Of a stretch of 64,000 nt of DNA, positions 32,947-45,141 are shown piece by piece (the stretch's first letter is position 1; the number at the start of each line of letters is the position of its first letter). The DNA is from Escherichia coli (GTDB taxonomy: Bacteria > Pseudomonadota > Gammaproteobacteria > Enterobacterales > Enterobacteriaceae): NCBI RefSeq assembly GCF_003334405.1, contig NZ_QOWM01000005.1, one strand, 5' to 3'. The notes below the pieces were generated by a model. It ran no database searches, was not told the origin of the DNA, and was given only the letters and a program-made list of their open reading frames with translations. Both the position numbers and the translations under genes were made by a program.

Positions 32947-33963
32947 ATGTCCACATTACGCCTGCTCATCTCTGACTCTTACGACCCGTGGTTTAACCTG
33001 GCGGTGGAAGAGTGTATTTTTCGCCAAATGCCCGCCACGCAGCGCGTTCTGTTTCTCTGGCGCAATGCCGACACGGTAGTGATTGGTCGCGCGCAGAACC
33101 CGTGGAAAGAGTGTAATACCCGGCGGATGGAAGAAGATAACGTCCGCCTGGCGCGGCGCAGTAGCGGTGGCGGCGCGGTGTTCCACGATCTCGGCAATAC
33201 CTGCTTTACCTTTATGGCTGGCAAGCCGGAGTACGATAAAACCATCTCTACGTCGATTGTGCTCAATGCGCTGAACGCGCTCGGCGTCAGCGCCGAAGCG
33301 TCCGGGCGTAACGATCTGGTGGTGAAAACAGTCGAAGGCGACCGCAAAGTCTCAGGCTCGGCCTATCGCGAAACCAAAGATCGTGGCTTCCACCACGGCA
33401 CTTTGCTGCTCAATGCCGACCTTAGCCGCCTGGCAAACTATCTCAATCCGGATAAAAAGAAACTGGCGGCGAAAGGCATTACCTCAGTGCGTTCCCGCGT
33501 GACCAACCTCACCGAGCTGCTGCCGGGGATCACCCATGAGCAGGTTTGCGAGGTCATAACCAAGGCCTTTTTCGCCCATTATGGCGAGCGTGTAGAAGCG
33601 GAAATCATCTCCCCGGACAAAACGCCAGACTTGCCAAACTTCGCCGAAACCTTTGCCCGTCAGAGTAGCTGGGAATGGAACTTCGGTCAGGCTCCGGCAT
33701 TCTCGCATCTGCTGGATGAACGCTTTAGCTGGGGCGGCGTGGAACTGCATTTCGACGTTGAAAAAGGCCATATCACCCGCGCCCAGGTGTTTACCGACAG
33801 CCTCAACCCCGCGCCGCTGGAAGCCCTCGCCGGGCGACTGCAAGGCTGCCTGTACCGCGCGGATATGCTGCAACAAGAGTGCGAAGCGCTGTTGGTTGAC
33901 TTCCCGGACCAGGAAAAAGAGCTACGGGAGTTGTCGACGTGGATAGCGGGGGCGGTAAGGTAA
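32947..33963 (+). CDS. lplA: Lipoate-protein ligase A, 338 aa
   Basis: Translation begins [57 protein letters not shown]... Confidence 0.96.
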   Translation: MSTLRLLISDSYDPWFNLAVEECIFRQMPATQRVLFLWRNADTVVIGRAQNPWKECNTRRMEEDNVRLARRSSGGGAVFHDLGNTCFTFMAGKPEYDKTISTSIVLNALNALGVSAEASGRNDLVVKTVEGDRKVSGSAYRETKDRGFHHGTLLLNADLSRLANYLNPDKKKLAAKGITSVRSRVTNLTELLPGITHEQVCEVITKAFFAHYGERVEAEIISPDKTPDLPNFAETFARQSSWEWNFGQAPAFSHLLDERFSWGGVELHFDVEKGHITRAQVFTDSLNPAPLEALAGRLQGCLYRADMLQQECEALLVDFPDQEKELRELSTWIAGAVR

Positions 33964-33994
33964 CTCGCTGATTAAAATACCAAAGGAAGGGAAT

Positions 33995-34258
33995 ATGATC
34001 GATCTGGAAAACCAGGAGCGGGAGATTATCAATTTAATGTTAAGCCAGCGTATTTCCTGGCTAGCCGCCGTGCGTATCAGGCATAAATTATCGCTTGCTG
34101 AAGTAAGTAAAATGTTAGGTATCTCGATTAATTCTCTAAAACAGATCGAAAAGACGGAACGGCTTAGCTCAAACATCAAAAGCAAAATGGCAGAAATTTA
34201 TGGTTGTCCACCAGAGTTGCTGATATGCCCTTCCTGGATGACGGCTGAACATAAATGA
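33995..34258 (+). CDS. Hypothetical small DNA-binding protein with Cro/C1-type HTH motif, 87 aa
   Basis: ORF with a good Shine-Dalgarno (aaggaagg) 6 nt upstream of the ATG; residues LSLAEVSKMLGISINSLKQIE fit an XRE-type helix-turn-helix. No family assignment possible without a search. Confidence 0.5.
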   Translation: MIDLENQEREIINLMLSQRISWLAAVRIRHKLSLAEVSKMLGISINSLKQIEKTERLSSNIKSKMAEIYGCPPELLICPSWMTAEHK

Positions 34259-34355
34259 ATAGATTCGTGAATAGATACTTGAATGGATTTTATTTTCTAT
34301 CCATATGAAAAATAATAGTAAATCTATAAATCAGTTGCTATTGATGAATAGATAC
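34257..34355. repeat. Three direct copies of GAATAGAT(A/T)C (34257-34266, 34269-34278, 34346-34355) in an AT-rich segment
   Basis: Read directly; two copies abut the stop of the 87-aa ORF, the third sits just before the deoD terminator. Confidence 0.6.
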
Positions 34356-34386
34356 TAAAAAGCCGGAGCAGTCTCCTGCTCCGGCT
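34356..34386 (-). terminator. deoD rho-independent terminator (stem agccggagcag/ctgctccggct, U-run on minus strand)
   Basis: Perfect 11-bp stem with 4-nt loop about 30 bp downstream of the deoD stop, followed by TTTTT on the minus strand. Confidence 0.75.
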
Positions 34387-34418
34387 TAACACGACGTTCG
34401 CCTTTCAGCGAAACACAA

Positions 34419-35138
34419 TTACTCTTTATCGCCCAGCAGAACGGATTCCAGTGCGATTTTGATCATGTCGTTGAAGGTGGTCTGACGCTCAGCGGCAGTG
34501 GTCTGCTCGTGAGTGCGGATGTGGTCAGACACGGTGCAGATGGTCAGGGCTTTCGCGCCAAACTCTGCAGCGACGCCGTAGATACCAGCCGCTTCCATTT
34601 CCACGCCGAGGATGCCGTATTTTTCCATCACGTCGAACATTTCGCCGTCCGGAGAGTAGAACAGGTCAGCGGAGAACAGGTTACCCACGCGAGCATCAAC
34701 ACCCAGTGCTTTAGCCGCGTCTACCGCGTTACGCACCATGTCAAAGTCAGCGATAGCGGCAAAGTCATGGTCTTTAAAACGGATACGGTTAACTTTGGAA
34801 TCGGTGCAGGCACCCATACCGATAACGACGTCGCGCAGTTTTACGTGCGGCAGAACTGCGCCACAGGAACCCACGCGGATAATTTTCTTCACGCCGAAAT
34901 CGGTGATCAGTTCTTTGGTGTAGATGGAGCAGGACGGGATACCCATACCGTGACCCATTACGGAAATTTTGCGGCCTTTGTAAGTACCGGTGAAGCCCAG
35001 CATACCGCGAACGTTGTTCACTTCACGGGCATCTTCAAGGAAAGTTTCAGCAATATACTTCGCACGCAGCGGGTCGCCTGGCATCAAAACTACGTCAGCG
35101 AAATCGCCCATTTCTGCATTAATGTGTGGGGTAGCCAT
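34419..35138 (-). CDS. deoD: Purine nucleoside phosphorylase DeoD, 239 aa
   Basis: Translation begins [69 protein letters not shown]... Confidence 0.97.
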   Translation of the reverse strand: MATPHINAEMGDFADVVLMPGDPLRAKYIAETFLEDAREVNNVRGMLGFTGTYKGRKISVMGHGMGIPSCSIYTKELITDFGVKKIIRVGSCGAVLPHVKLRDVVIGMGACTDSKVNRIRFKDHDFAAIADFDMVRNAVDAAKALGVDARVGNLFSADLFYSPDGEMFDVMEKYGILGVEMEAAGIYGVAAEFGAKALTICTVSDHIRTHEQTTAAERQTTFNDMIKIALESVLLGDKE

Positions 35139-35163
35139 TGTTTTATCCTTATCAACATGTTTT

Positions 35164-35200
35164 CACCCTCTCCCTGTGGGAGAGGGCCGGGGTGAGGGCA
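35164..35200. repeat. GC-rich palindromic element (ccctctcc CTGTG ggagaggg, then ccggggtgaggg) in the deoB-deoD gap
   Basis: Inverted repeat read directly; resembles a dispersed small GC-rich repeat family but membership cannot be confirmed here. Confidence 0.4.
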
Positions 35201-35217
35201 TCAAGCCGCACCCATTA

Positions 35218-36462
<1,245 letters not shown>

Positions 36463-36492
36463 TCAAATTTAAATGATCAGATCAGTATACCG

Positions 36493-37815
36493 TTATTCGC
36501 TGATACGGCGATAGACAGTTGGTGTGCTTTCCGGTGCTTTATCGGCAAGTTTAATTGCCGCTTTCACCGCTTTCGCCGCTTCCTGCCAGCTGTTTTCGTC
36601 TTTCGCGTGGATAACCGCCAGCGGACGCTGACCGTCTACCTGGTCGCCCAAACGCGCCATATCAGTAAAGCCGACGCTGTAATCAATGGTGTCAGATGCC
36701 TGACGACGACCGCCGCCCATTGCAACCACTGCCATCCCCAGCGCGCGGGTATCCATTTCACTGACAAAACCTTCGGTATCAGCATAGACTGCTTTCGTCA
36801 GCATCGCTGTCGGCAGATACTTCGCGTAGTTCTCAACGAAGTCGGTCGGGCCTTTTTGTGCCGCTACCATACGACCAAAGACTTCTGCCGCTTTACCGTT
36901 GTCCAGCACCGCCTGCAATTTCGCGCGCGCTTCGGCGTCATCTTTCGCCAGTTTGCCGGAGATCAGCATCTCCACGCACAGCGCCATCGTGACATCAAAC
37001 AGACGCGGGTTACGATATTCACCCGTCAGGAACTGCACCGCTTCACGAACTTCAACCGCGTTACCTGCACTGGAGGCCAGTACCTGATTCATGTCGGTGA
37101 GCAGCGCGGTGGTGCGCACGCCAGCGCCGTTAGCCACGCCAACAATCGCTTCGGCAAGGGCTTCAGAGAGTTCGTAGGTCGGCATAAACGCGCCGCTACC
37201 CACTTTCACGTCCATCACCAGCGCGTCCAGACCTTCCGCCAGTTTCTTCGCCAGAATAGAGGCGGTGATCAGCGGGATGGAGTCCACGGTTGCGGTAATA
37301 TCACGGGTCGCGTAGAAACGTTTATCCGCCGGAGCCAGTGAGCTGGTCTGACCGATAATCGCCACGCCGACGTCTTTAATAATTTCGCGGAAACGGTTGT
37401 CATCCGGGAAAATGTCGAAGCCAGGGATGGATTCCAGTTTGTCGAGCGTACCGCCAGTATGACCGAGGCCGCGACCGGAGATCATCGGAATATAGCCGCC
37501 GCAGGCTGCGACCATCGGCCCCAACATCAGCGAAGTCACATCGCCGACGCCGCCGGTGGAGTGTTTATCAACAATCGGGCCATTCAGATGCAGGCTTTTC
37601 CAGTCGAGAACGGTTCCTGAATCTCGCATCGCCATGGTCAGCGAGACACGCTCAGGCATTGTCATATCGTGGAAGAAAATGGTCATCGCGAGGGCGGCAA
37701 TCTGCCCTTCGGAGATAGTGTTGTCGCGAATACCGTTGATAAAGAAACGAATTTCTTCATCGCTTAGCGCATGACCATCACGTTTTTTACGAATAATTTC
37801 TTGTGCGAGAAACAA
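36493..37815 (-). CDS. deoA: Thymidine phosphorylase DeoA (apparent TTG start), 440 aa
   Basis: Translation begins [51 protein letters not shown]...; complement of positions 37813-37815 reads ttg. Confidence 0.95.
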
Positions 37816-37851
37816 GGTAACCTCCCGAGGAAAAGAGTATGAGGCGGCTTT

Positions 37852-37930
37852 TGCCGGATGCGTCTACGCCTTATCCGGCCTACGGGTAGATACGTCTCGT
37901 AGGCCTGATAAGCGCAGCGCATCAGGCGTA
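37852..37930. repeat. REP palindromic units between deoC and deoA
   Basis: REP-like inverted copies (gccggatgcgtctacgccttatccggcctac and its partner). Confidence 0.8.
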
Positions 37931-37941
37931 AAGCATCTTAC

Positions 37942-38721
37942 TTAGTAGCTGCTGGCGCTCTTACCGTCGCCGTGGCCCAGCGCTTTCAGCAGGCTTGCCA
38001 GCAGGCTGGAAGCACCAAAGCGGTAGTGACGCGCATCAGCCCAGTCAGCACCGAACAGTTCATCTGCGATGGCGAGATATTTCTGCGCATCTTCCGCAGT
38101 ACGCACGCCGCCCGCCGGTTTGAAACCAACGGTTTTTTCTACGCCCATATCACGGATCACTTCCATCATGATGCGCGCGCTTTCCGGCGTCGCGTTCACA
38201 GCCACTTTACCGGTAGAGGTTTTGATGAAGTCCGCACCCGCTTTGATGGAGATTTCAGACGCTTTACGGATCAGCGCTTCGTCTTTCAGTTCGCCGGTTT
38301 CGATGATCACTTTCAGCAGTACATTCGCTGCCGCGCAAGCCTCTTTACAGGCTTTCACCAGGTCAAAACCAACCTGCTCGTTACCCGCCATCAGCGCGCG
38401 GTACGGGAACACAACGTCAACTTCATCTGCACCGTAGGCGATTGCCGCACGGGTTTCTGCCAGCGCGATTTCGATGTCATCGTTACCGTGTGGGAAGTTG
38501 GTTACCGTAGCGATTCGGATTTCCGGGGTGCCCTGCTCTTTCAGCGTTTTGCGAGCAATCGGGATAAAGCGAGGATAGATACAGATAGCGGCGGTATTGC
38601 CGACCGGAGTTTTGGCCTGATGACACAGAGCAATTACTTTCTCGTCGGTGTCGTCGTCATTCAGGGTGGTCAGGTCCATCAATTTCAGTGCACGCAGGCT
38701 GCTTGCTTTCAGATCAGTCAT
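37942..38721 (-). CDS. deoC: Deoxyribose-phosphate aldolase DeoC; start moved to [26 protein letters not shown]..., 259 aa
   Basis: ORF track 37942..38745 translation; first gene of the deoCABD operon. Confidence 0.96.
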
Positions 38722-38765
38722 TTCATTCTCCTGGCTTGTCGCCAATAAAATTCACCTTGCGAGTT

Positions 38766-38781
38766 TGTTAGTATTCTAACA
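38766..38781. promoter_or_regulatory. DeoR operator-like palindrome TGTTAGTATTCTAACA at the deoC-proximal promoter (O2 by my numbering)
   Basis: Near-perfect 16-bp palindrome 45 bp upstream of the deoC start; matches the DeoR operator consensus TGTTAGAA.TTCTAACA. Flanking CRP-like TGTGA/TCACA half-sites are visible in 38800-38900. Confidence 0.7.
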
Positions 38782-38979
38782 TCTACTCCGCAACACACTT
38801 CGATATACATCACAATTAAGGAAATCTACTTACAAGTTTGCATCACTGTAATGCGATCTGGTTCAAATAATTCACTTTCAAATGAATGCGTCAGTGGTGG
38901 CAAACGCATCAGGATCAAAGTGAACATCACGAAACTTCTTACAATGGCGCATCACCTTCGGCATAAAAAGGAACAGAAG

Positions 38980-40530
38980 ATGTCCACTTCTCATGAAAAT
39001 GCACTGCAACAACGTTGCCAGCAAATTGTCACCAGCCCAGTGCTTAGCCCGGAGCAGAAGCGCCATTTTCTGGCACTGGAAGCAGAAAACAATCTGCCTT
39101 ACCCACAGCTGCCTGCCGAAGCCCGCCGCGCGCTGGATGAAGGTGTAATCTGCGATATGTTTGAAGGTCATGCGCCGTACAAACCGCGCTATGTCTTACC
39201 CGATTACGCCCGTTTTCTGGCGAACGGTTCCGAATGGCTGGAGCTGGAAGGCGCGAAAGATCTTGATGACGCACTCTCTCTGCTGACCATTCTTTACCAC
39301 CACGTACCGTCGGTCACATCGATGCCGGTCTACCTGGGGCAACTGGATGCGTTGTTGCAACCGTATGTTAGAATTCTAACACAAGACGAGATCGATATTC
39401 GAATAAAACGTTTCTGGCGTTACCTCGACAGAACCCTGCCAGACGCCTTTATGCACGCCAATATCGGCCCGTCTGATTCGCCCATTACCCGTGCAATCTT
39501 ACGTGCAGACGCAGAGTTGAAGCAGGTTTCACCGAACCTGACCTTTATCTACGATCCTGAAATCACCCCTGATGACCTACTGCTGGAAGTGGCGAAGAAC
39601 ATCTGTGAATGTAGCAAACCGCACATCGCCAACGGTCCGGTGCATGATAAAATTTTCACAAAAGGGGGCTACGGGATTGTGAGCTGTTACAACTCACTGC
39701 CGCTGGCGGGTGGTGGCAGCACGCTGGTACGCCTTAACCTGAAAGCCATTGCCGAGCGCAGCGAATCGCTGGATGACTTCTTTACGCGCACTCTACCGCA
39801 CTACTGCCAGCAGCAGATCGCCATCATCGATGCGCGGTGTGAATTCCTCTATCAACAATCACACTTCTTTGAGAATAGCTTCCTGGTGAAAGAAGGGCTG
39901 ATTAACCCTGAACGTTTTGTGCCAATGTTTGGCATGTATGGGCTGGCGGAAGCGGTTAACTTGCTGTGTGAGAAAGAAGGGATTGCCGCGCGCTACGGTA
40001 AAGAAGCCGCCGCAAATGAAGTGGGTTATCGCATCAGCGCGCAACTGGCGGAGTTTGTCGCCAATACCCCCGTGAAATATGGCTGGCAAAAACGCGCCAT
40101 GTTACACGCACAGTCGGGGATCAGTTCCGATATCGGCACCACGCCGGGCGCGCGTTTACCCTATGGCGATGAGCCAGATCCGATCACCCATCTGCAAACT
40201 GTCGCCCCGCATCATGCTTATTATTATTCCGGCATCAGCGACATTCTGACGCTCGACGAAACCATCAAACGTAATCCGCAGGCGCTGGTACAGCTTTGCC
40301 TCGGTGCCTTTAAAGCCGGAATGCGTGAATTTACCGCCAATGTCAGCGGTAACGATCTGGTTCGCGTTACCGGTTATATGGTGCGTTTGTCGGATTTAGA
40401 AAAATATCGCGCCGAAGGTTCACGCACCAACACCACCTGGCTGGGCGAAGAAGCCGCACGCAACACTCGTATTCTGGAACGCCAGCCGCGCGTGATAAGC
40501 CATGAACAGCAGATGCGCTTTAGTCAGTAA
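38980..40530 (+). CDS. yjjI: Putative glycyl-radical enzyme (PFL-like), uncharacterised substrate; start at [13 protein letters not shown]..., 516 aa
   Basis: ORF track 38851..40530; good SD (aaaggaacagaag) before the ATG at 38980; C-terminal RVTGY glycyl-radical fingerprint encoded at about 40362-40376. Confidence 0.88.
   Translation: MSTSHENALQQRCQQIVTSPVLSPEQKRHFLALEAENNLPYPQLPAEARRALDEGVICDMFEGHAPYKPRYVLPDYARFLANGSEWLELEGAKDLDDALSLLTILYHHVPSVTSMPVYLGQLDALLQPYVRILTQDEIDIRIKRFWRYLDRTLPDAFMHANIGPSDSPITRAILRADAELKQVSPNLTFIYDPEITPDDLLLEVAKNICECSKPHIANGPVHDKIFTKGGYGIVSCYNSLPLAGGGSTLVRLNLKAIAERSESLDDFFTRTLPHYCQQQIAIIDARCEFLYQQSHFFENSFLVKEGLINPERFVPMFGMYGLAEAVNLLCEKEGIAARYGKEAAANEVGYRISAQLAEFVANTPVKYGWQKRAMLHAQSGISSDIGTTPGARLPYGDEPDPITHLQTVAPHHAYYYSGISDILTLDETIKRNPQALVQLCLGAFKAGMREFTANVSGNDLVRVTGYMVRLSDLEKYRAEGSRTNTTWLGEEAARNTRILERQPRVISHEQQMRFSQ
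39366..39381. promoter_or_regulatory. DeoR operator-like perfect palindrome TGTTAGAATTCTAACA, exactly 600 bp from the 38766 site, inside yjjI coding sequence
   Basis: Perfect 16-bp palindrome read directly; the spacing fits the known multi-operator DeoR looping arrangement as I recall it. Confidence 0.65.
39645..39660. promoter_or_regulatory. Third, weaker DeoR operator-like palindrome TGATAAAATTTTCACA, 279 bp beyond the 39366 site
   Basis: Imperfect palindrome with operator-like half-sites; spacing fits the known upstream operator OE as I recall it. Confidence 0.45.
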
Positions 40531-41365
40531 GATTATCCCCTTCTCCTGCGTTGACGGGCCAGGCAGTCGTCTGGCTCTGTTTTTGCAGGGCTGCAATCTG
40601 CGCTGCAAAAACTGTCACAATCCGTGGACGATGGGGCGCTGTAATCATTGCGGAGAGTGCGTGCCACAGTGTCCGCATCAGGCGTTGCAGATTGTTGACG
40701 GCAAAGTGGTGTGGAACGCTGCGGTCTGCGAGCAGTGTGATACCTGCCTGAAGAGGTGTCCGCAACATGCCACGCCGATGGCGCAATCCATGAGCGTGGA
40801 CGAAGTGCTTAGCCATGTCCGCAAAGCGGTGCTGTTTATTGAAGGGATAACGGTAAGCGGCGGCGAAGCCACGACCCAACTGCCGTTTGTAGTGGCGCTG
40901 TTTACTGCTATCAAAAACGATCCGCAACTGCGCCATCTCACCTGTCTGGTGGACAGTAACGGCATGTTGAGCGAAACCGGCTGGGAAAAATTACTCCCGG
41001 TGTGTGACGGCGCAATGCTCGATCTCAAAGCATGGGGTAGCGAATGTCATCAACAATTAACCGGACGCGATAATCAGCAGATTAAGCGCAGCATCTGTTT
41101 GCTGGCAGAGCGCGGCAAGCTGGCGGAACTGCGTTTGCTGGTAATCCCTGGCCAGGTGGATTATTTGCAACACATCGAAGAACTGGCGGCGTTTATCAAG
41201 GGACTTGGCGATGTTCCGGTACGCCTGAACGCGTTTCATGCCCACGGCGTGTATGGCGAGGCGCAAAGCTGGGCGAGCGCCACGCCGGAAGACGTTGAGC
41301 CGTTGGCTGATGCATTAAAGGTGCGCGGGGTGGGCCGGTTGATATTTCCGGCGCTGTATTTGTGA
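40502..41365 (+). CDS. yjjW: Glycyl-radical enzyme activating protein (radical SAM) with two ferredoxin-type 4Fe-4S cysteine clusters, 287 aa
   Basis: Translation has the radical-SAM CxxxCxxC motif (CNLRCKNC) and two CxxCxxCxxxCP clusters ([24 protein letters not shown]); overlaps the yjjI 3' end by 29 nt. Confidence 0.9.
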   Translation: MNSRCALVSKIIPFSCVDGPGSRLALFLQGCNLRCKNCHNPWTMGRCNHCGECVPQCPHQALQIVDGKVVWNAAVCEQCDTCLKRCPQHATPMAQSMSVDEVLSHVRKAVLFIEGITVSGGEATTQLPFVVALFTAIKNDPQLRHLTCLVDSNGMLSETGWEKLLPVCDGAMLDLKAWGSECHQQLTGRDNQQIKRSICLLAERGKLAELRLLVIPGQVDYLQHIEELAAFIKGLGDVPVRLNAFHAHGVYGEAQSWASATPEDVEPLADALKVRGVGRLIFPALYL

Positions 41366-41367
41366 CA

Positions 41368-41875
<508 letters not shown>

Positions 41876-41881
41876 GGTAAA

Positions 41882-42664
41882 CTACCCACTAACGCTAAAC
41901 AACGCATACGTATTATTAAGCAACACTTCGGCAATCTCATCTTCTGGTTCCGGGCGCAACTCGCAAAGCACGTCAAACACCCGCACAGCCTGTTCCGGTC
42001 GGTTAGGCTGCCCCTGAAAGCCGTTGAGCGGCATATCCGGCGCGTCGGTTTCCAGCAACAACGATGCCAGCGGTAATTTTGCGATGACATCGCGGGTTTT
42101 ACTGGCGCGTGGATAGGTGATAGTACCGCCTACGCCGATTTTGTAGCCCAGCTGTACAAACCGCTCGGCCTGTTGCAGGCTGCCGGAAAAACCGTGAACC
42201 ACGCCAGTGCACGGTAAATCGTGACGTTTAAGATGCATCGCCAGTTTGTCGTGTGTACGCCGGGAATGAAGGATCACCGGCAGATCGTAGCGTTTCGCCA
42301 GTTTCAGCTGTTCGTCGAGTAACCACTGCTGCCTCTCAAATTGCGGATCGTCGCCGAAGAGATCCAGACCGATCTCCCCCACCGCCACCACCTTCGCCGG
42401 ACGCCTTTCCAGCGCCTGCTGTAGCTGATCAAGAGACACATCGCTATGTTTTTCCAACATCCCCGGATGCAACCCCAATGCGGCATACAGCGGTTGATAT
42501 TTTTCCGCTAACGCCTGCACGCGGGCAAAATTTTCCGCCTCTGTCGCCGGAACAATGATCTTGCCTACGCCCGCTTGTGCCGCGCGTTGCAGGCTGGCCT
42601 CTTCATCGCCACTAAACGGCGGGAAATCAAAATGGCAGTGGGTATCGATAAAACGGCAAATCAA
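41882..42664 (-). CDS. yjjV: TatD-family metal-dependent hydrolase/DNase, 260 aa
   Basis: Translation begins MICRFIDTHCHFDFPPF... with TatD-like His/Asp metal-binding motifs. Confidence 0.9.
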   Translation of the reverse strand: MICRFIDTHCHFDFPPFSGDEEASLQRAAQAGVGKIIVPATEAENFARVQALAEKYQPLYAALGLHPGMLEKHSDVSLDQLQQALERRPAKVVAVGEIGLDLFGDDPQFERQQWLLDEQLKLAKRYDLPVILHSRRTHDKLAMHLKRHDLPCTGVVHGFSGSLQQAERFVQLGYKIGVGGTITYPRASKTRDVIAKLPLASLLLETDAPDMPLNGFQGQPNRPEQAVRVFDVLCELRPEPEDEIAEVLLNNTYALFSVSG

Positions 42665-43734
42665 GCCAGATCCTCATTGTTAAATGTCGGGTCGTTCGCC
42701 TGCGGAGCATCGCTCACTTCGGCAACCAGCGTATCGTTGGCGACTGGCGCAGGCGGAATAACGATCGATTCCGGCGTCACCACTGGCACCAGATGGCGGG
42801 TAAGCGGCGCTTTTTCAGTTAATAGCTTGCCAACCGTGGCGAGGAAATAACGACCGCATAAACGCCCAAGTTTATAGTCTTCACGCAGCGCCGGAATCCG
42901 ACTGCCAAGCGCGATACTATGTAATGGTTTCGGTGGATAAATTTCGAATATCCGCAGCTTGCCCGGTGGTTTCTCAATAAATTGCTGAATGTCACGATAG
43001 CTGGTTTCATGATGCTGCACCAGATTGACCAGCGGCTGCAGGCTACTGTCACCCAGCCAGCGTTCCATGCGTTTGAACCACTGCGGCGTGTAGTACATTT
43101 GTGACGGCACAGTGCGGATGACGACCAACGTTTTAGCGCCCTGCCTTGCCGCCTCTTTAACCGGAATCGCATCACTGATCCCGCCATCCAGGTAGTTAAT
43201 GCCTTCCAGCGACACTCCGCTACGATAAAAGCCAGGTATCGCACTGGAGGCGCGAATCACATCCAGCCAGTTTTGTTTGGTTGGTAAAAAGTAATTCGGC
43301 GCGTAGTCATCCTGACGACAGGCGCACATATAAAACGATTTGCCGCTGTCAAACAACCGCGCGGCGGTATCCATTTGCAACGGCATCTGGCTTGCGGTGG
43401 CCTCCACCAGCCAGTCGAGATCGATAAGATTTCCTCCACGGACAAAGCGCAATGGATCGAAAAATTCGCGTTTTGTGGTATAGCACATGATGACTTTGCG
43501 CGCGTAACCGGGCTGATTGCAGATAAACGCCGAGAGGTTCTGCGCCCCGGCAGATGTGCCGAGATAAAGATCGAAAGGATTAAACTGCGCGCGCATAAAC
43601 TCATCCAGCACGCCAGCCGTGAAAATTCCACGCTGTCCGCCGCCTTCGCACACCAGAGCTATTCGTCCAGGCTGGAACGGCCTTAGCGACAACGGCGCAA
43701 TATTACCAAGCGTTACAGGTATTCGCTGCCCCAC
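42661..43734 (-). CDS. yjjU: Patatin-like phospholipase family protein; likely GTG start at 43734 (357 aa); ORF is open to 43770
   Basis: ORF track 42661..43770 translation with patatin GGGxRG (CEGGGQRGIF) and GTSAG lipase motifs. Confidence 0.85.
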   Translation of the reverse strand: MGQRIPVTLGNIAPLSLRPFQPGRIALVCEGGGQRGIFTAGVLDEFMRAQFNPFDLYLGTSAGAQNLSAFICNQPGYARKVIMCYTTKREFFDPLRFVRGGNLIDLDWLVEATASQMPLQMDTAARLFDSGKSFYMCACRQDDYAPNYFLPTKQNWLDVIRASSAIPGFYRSGVSLEGINYLDGGISDAIPVKEAARQGAKTLVVIRTVPSQMYYTPQWFKRMERWLGDSSLQPLVNLVQHHETSYRDIQQFIEKPPGKLRIFEIYPPKPLHSIALGSRIPALREDYKLGRLCGRYFLATVGKLLTEKAPLTRHLVPVVTPESIVIPPAPVANDTLVAEVSDAPQANDPTFNNEDLA

Positions 43735-43855
43735 CTCTGCCTTCCTGTTTTTGTTGTGAAAGAATGACAAAGTAACGCAATTTATTATTCGCTAAAACCG
43801 CAAAAGCCAGTCCGCTGGACTGGCTTTGGATAAAATTTTCTTAATGGTCTGAAAT

Positions 43856-44017
43856 CTAGGGTCGTTTTCGGCCCATGAACAAACTCACCAGGAACAGAAT
43901 AATCCCGACGACAAAGACAATTTTAGCTGCGCCTGCAGCGGTACCGGCCAGACCACCAAACCCAAGTGCGGCGGCGATTAACGCGATAACCAGAAATATG
44001 ATGCCCCAACGAAACAT
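43856..44017 (-). CDS. ytjA: Small membrane protein (DUF1328), 53 aa from [22 protein letters not shown]...
   Basis: ORF track 43856..44047; internal Met gives the 53-aa form; hydrophobic Gly/Ala-rich sequence. Confidence 0.75.
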
Positions 44018-44143
44018 AAGCGTCTCCTTTACCATAGTTAATGTCACCGCTTGATATGAGCGTGAAAATCACTCAATGCGATATTTTTAGTGTGGTGCAC
44101 ATCGCGCCTCCCGACAAAGTTCGGGAGGACGAATTACGACGAA

Positions 44144-44749
44144 TTACTTAGTTTTCAGATCATTTTTAACGCTTTTCACACCATCTACCGCTTTGGCGAT
44201 ACTTTCAGCACGGTCACTTTGTGCCTGAGAATCTACGGTACCGGAGAGCTGAACCACGCCATCGGTGGTTTCAACTTTCACATGACGGGAAGGGACGATA
44301 TCGTCCGCCAGCAGTTTGGCTTTGATTTCACTGGTGGTGGCGGTGTCACCCGCGTAGCCCTTCACCGAGCCTTCTTTAGCGTCGCGAACGTGCAGTTTGT
44401 CGCTGACAGAGGTCACCCCTTCAACGCCTTTCGCCACTTTCACTGCCTCTTCGGCCTGGGCCTGGCTTTCAACGAAACCGCTCAGGGTCACGACTTTTTG
44501 ATCGGTTTTTACAGAGATATCGGTGCTCTTGATGTTGTCATGATCCACCAGGGCCGCCTTCACTTTCGCGGTGATGGCGCTGTCATCCATGAAATTACCG
44601 ACTTTATTCATAGAGCTATCGACTTTTTGCCCTGCGCTTTCATTGGTAGTCTGTGCGTTGTTTTCCGCGTAGGCAGAGCCGGTCGCGACGGCAGAGGTCA
44701 ACATTACAGCCAGCAGAGTTTTCGAAATCTTCAGTCTTGTCATAGTCAT
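44144..44749 (-). CDS. osmY: Osmotically inducible periplasmic protein OsmY (two BON domains); start at [15 protein letters not shown]..., 201 aa
   Basis: ORF track 44144..44827 (GTG-initiated ORF); internal ATG gives signal peptide plus BON repeats. Confidence 0.93.
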
Positions 44750-45141
44750 CGATTTATTCCTGTATGTTTGCTCGTAATTTGAGCCTGGCAACACGAGGTT
44801 GCATTGCTGAATAGGGAGAGACTTCACCCTCTACAGAAGTCAATGGTCGCCATCACAAAAGCGATGGGTGATGAATAACGACCATTACAGCCTCTGAATC
44901 AGTTATTAATATCGGTAGAATGACAATCGACGGCTTTAGATACTGATATCTACGCATTGAACGGTATTTAACGCCGTCAGAAATGTCATTACTTTGTTAA
45001 ATATAGATCACAATTTTGAAACCGCTCGGGATATCAGCGAAAACATAAGCAAAAGTGAATGTTTTAAGAACATTCCGTAAGCGGCTAATAAGGAAGGGAA
45101 ATTGACAGGGCGCAGCGGCTACCGCGCCCTGGAGGCAAGAA
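44750..45141 (-). promoter_or_regulatory. osmY upstream regulatory region (stationary-phase/osmotic promoter expected here)
   Basis: AT-rich 390-bp non-coding gap upstream of osmY; individual promoter elements not resolved by eye. Confidence 0.35.

Noticed and set aside
33995-34258. The 87-aa HTH ORF as the antitoxin of a complete toxin-antitoxin module
   Set aside because: No adjacent toxin-like ORF exists in the gap; only an orphan or remnant interpretation is supportable.
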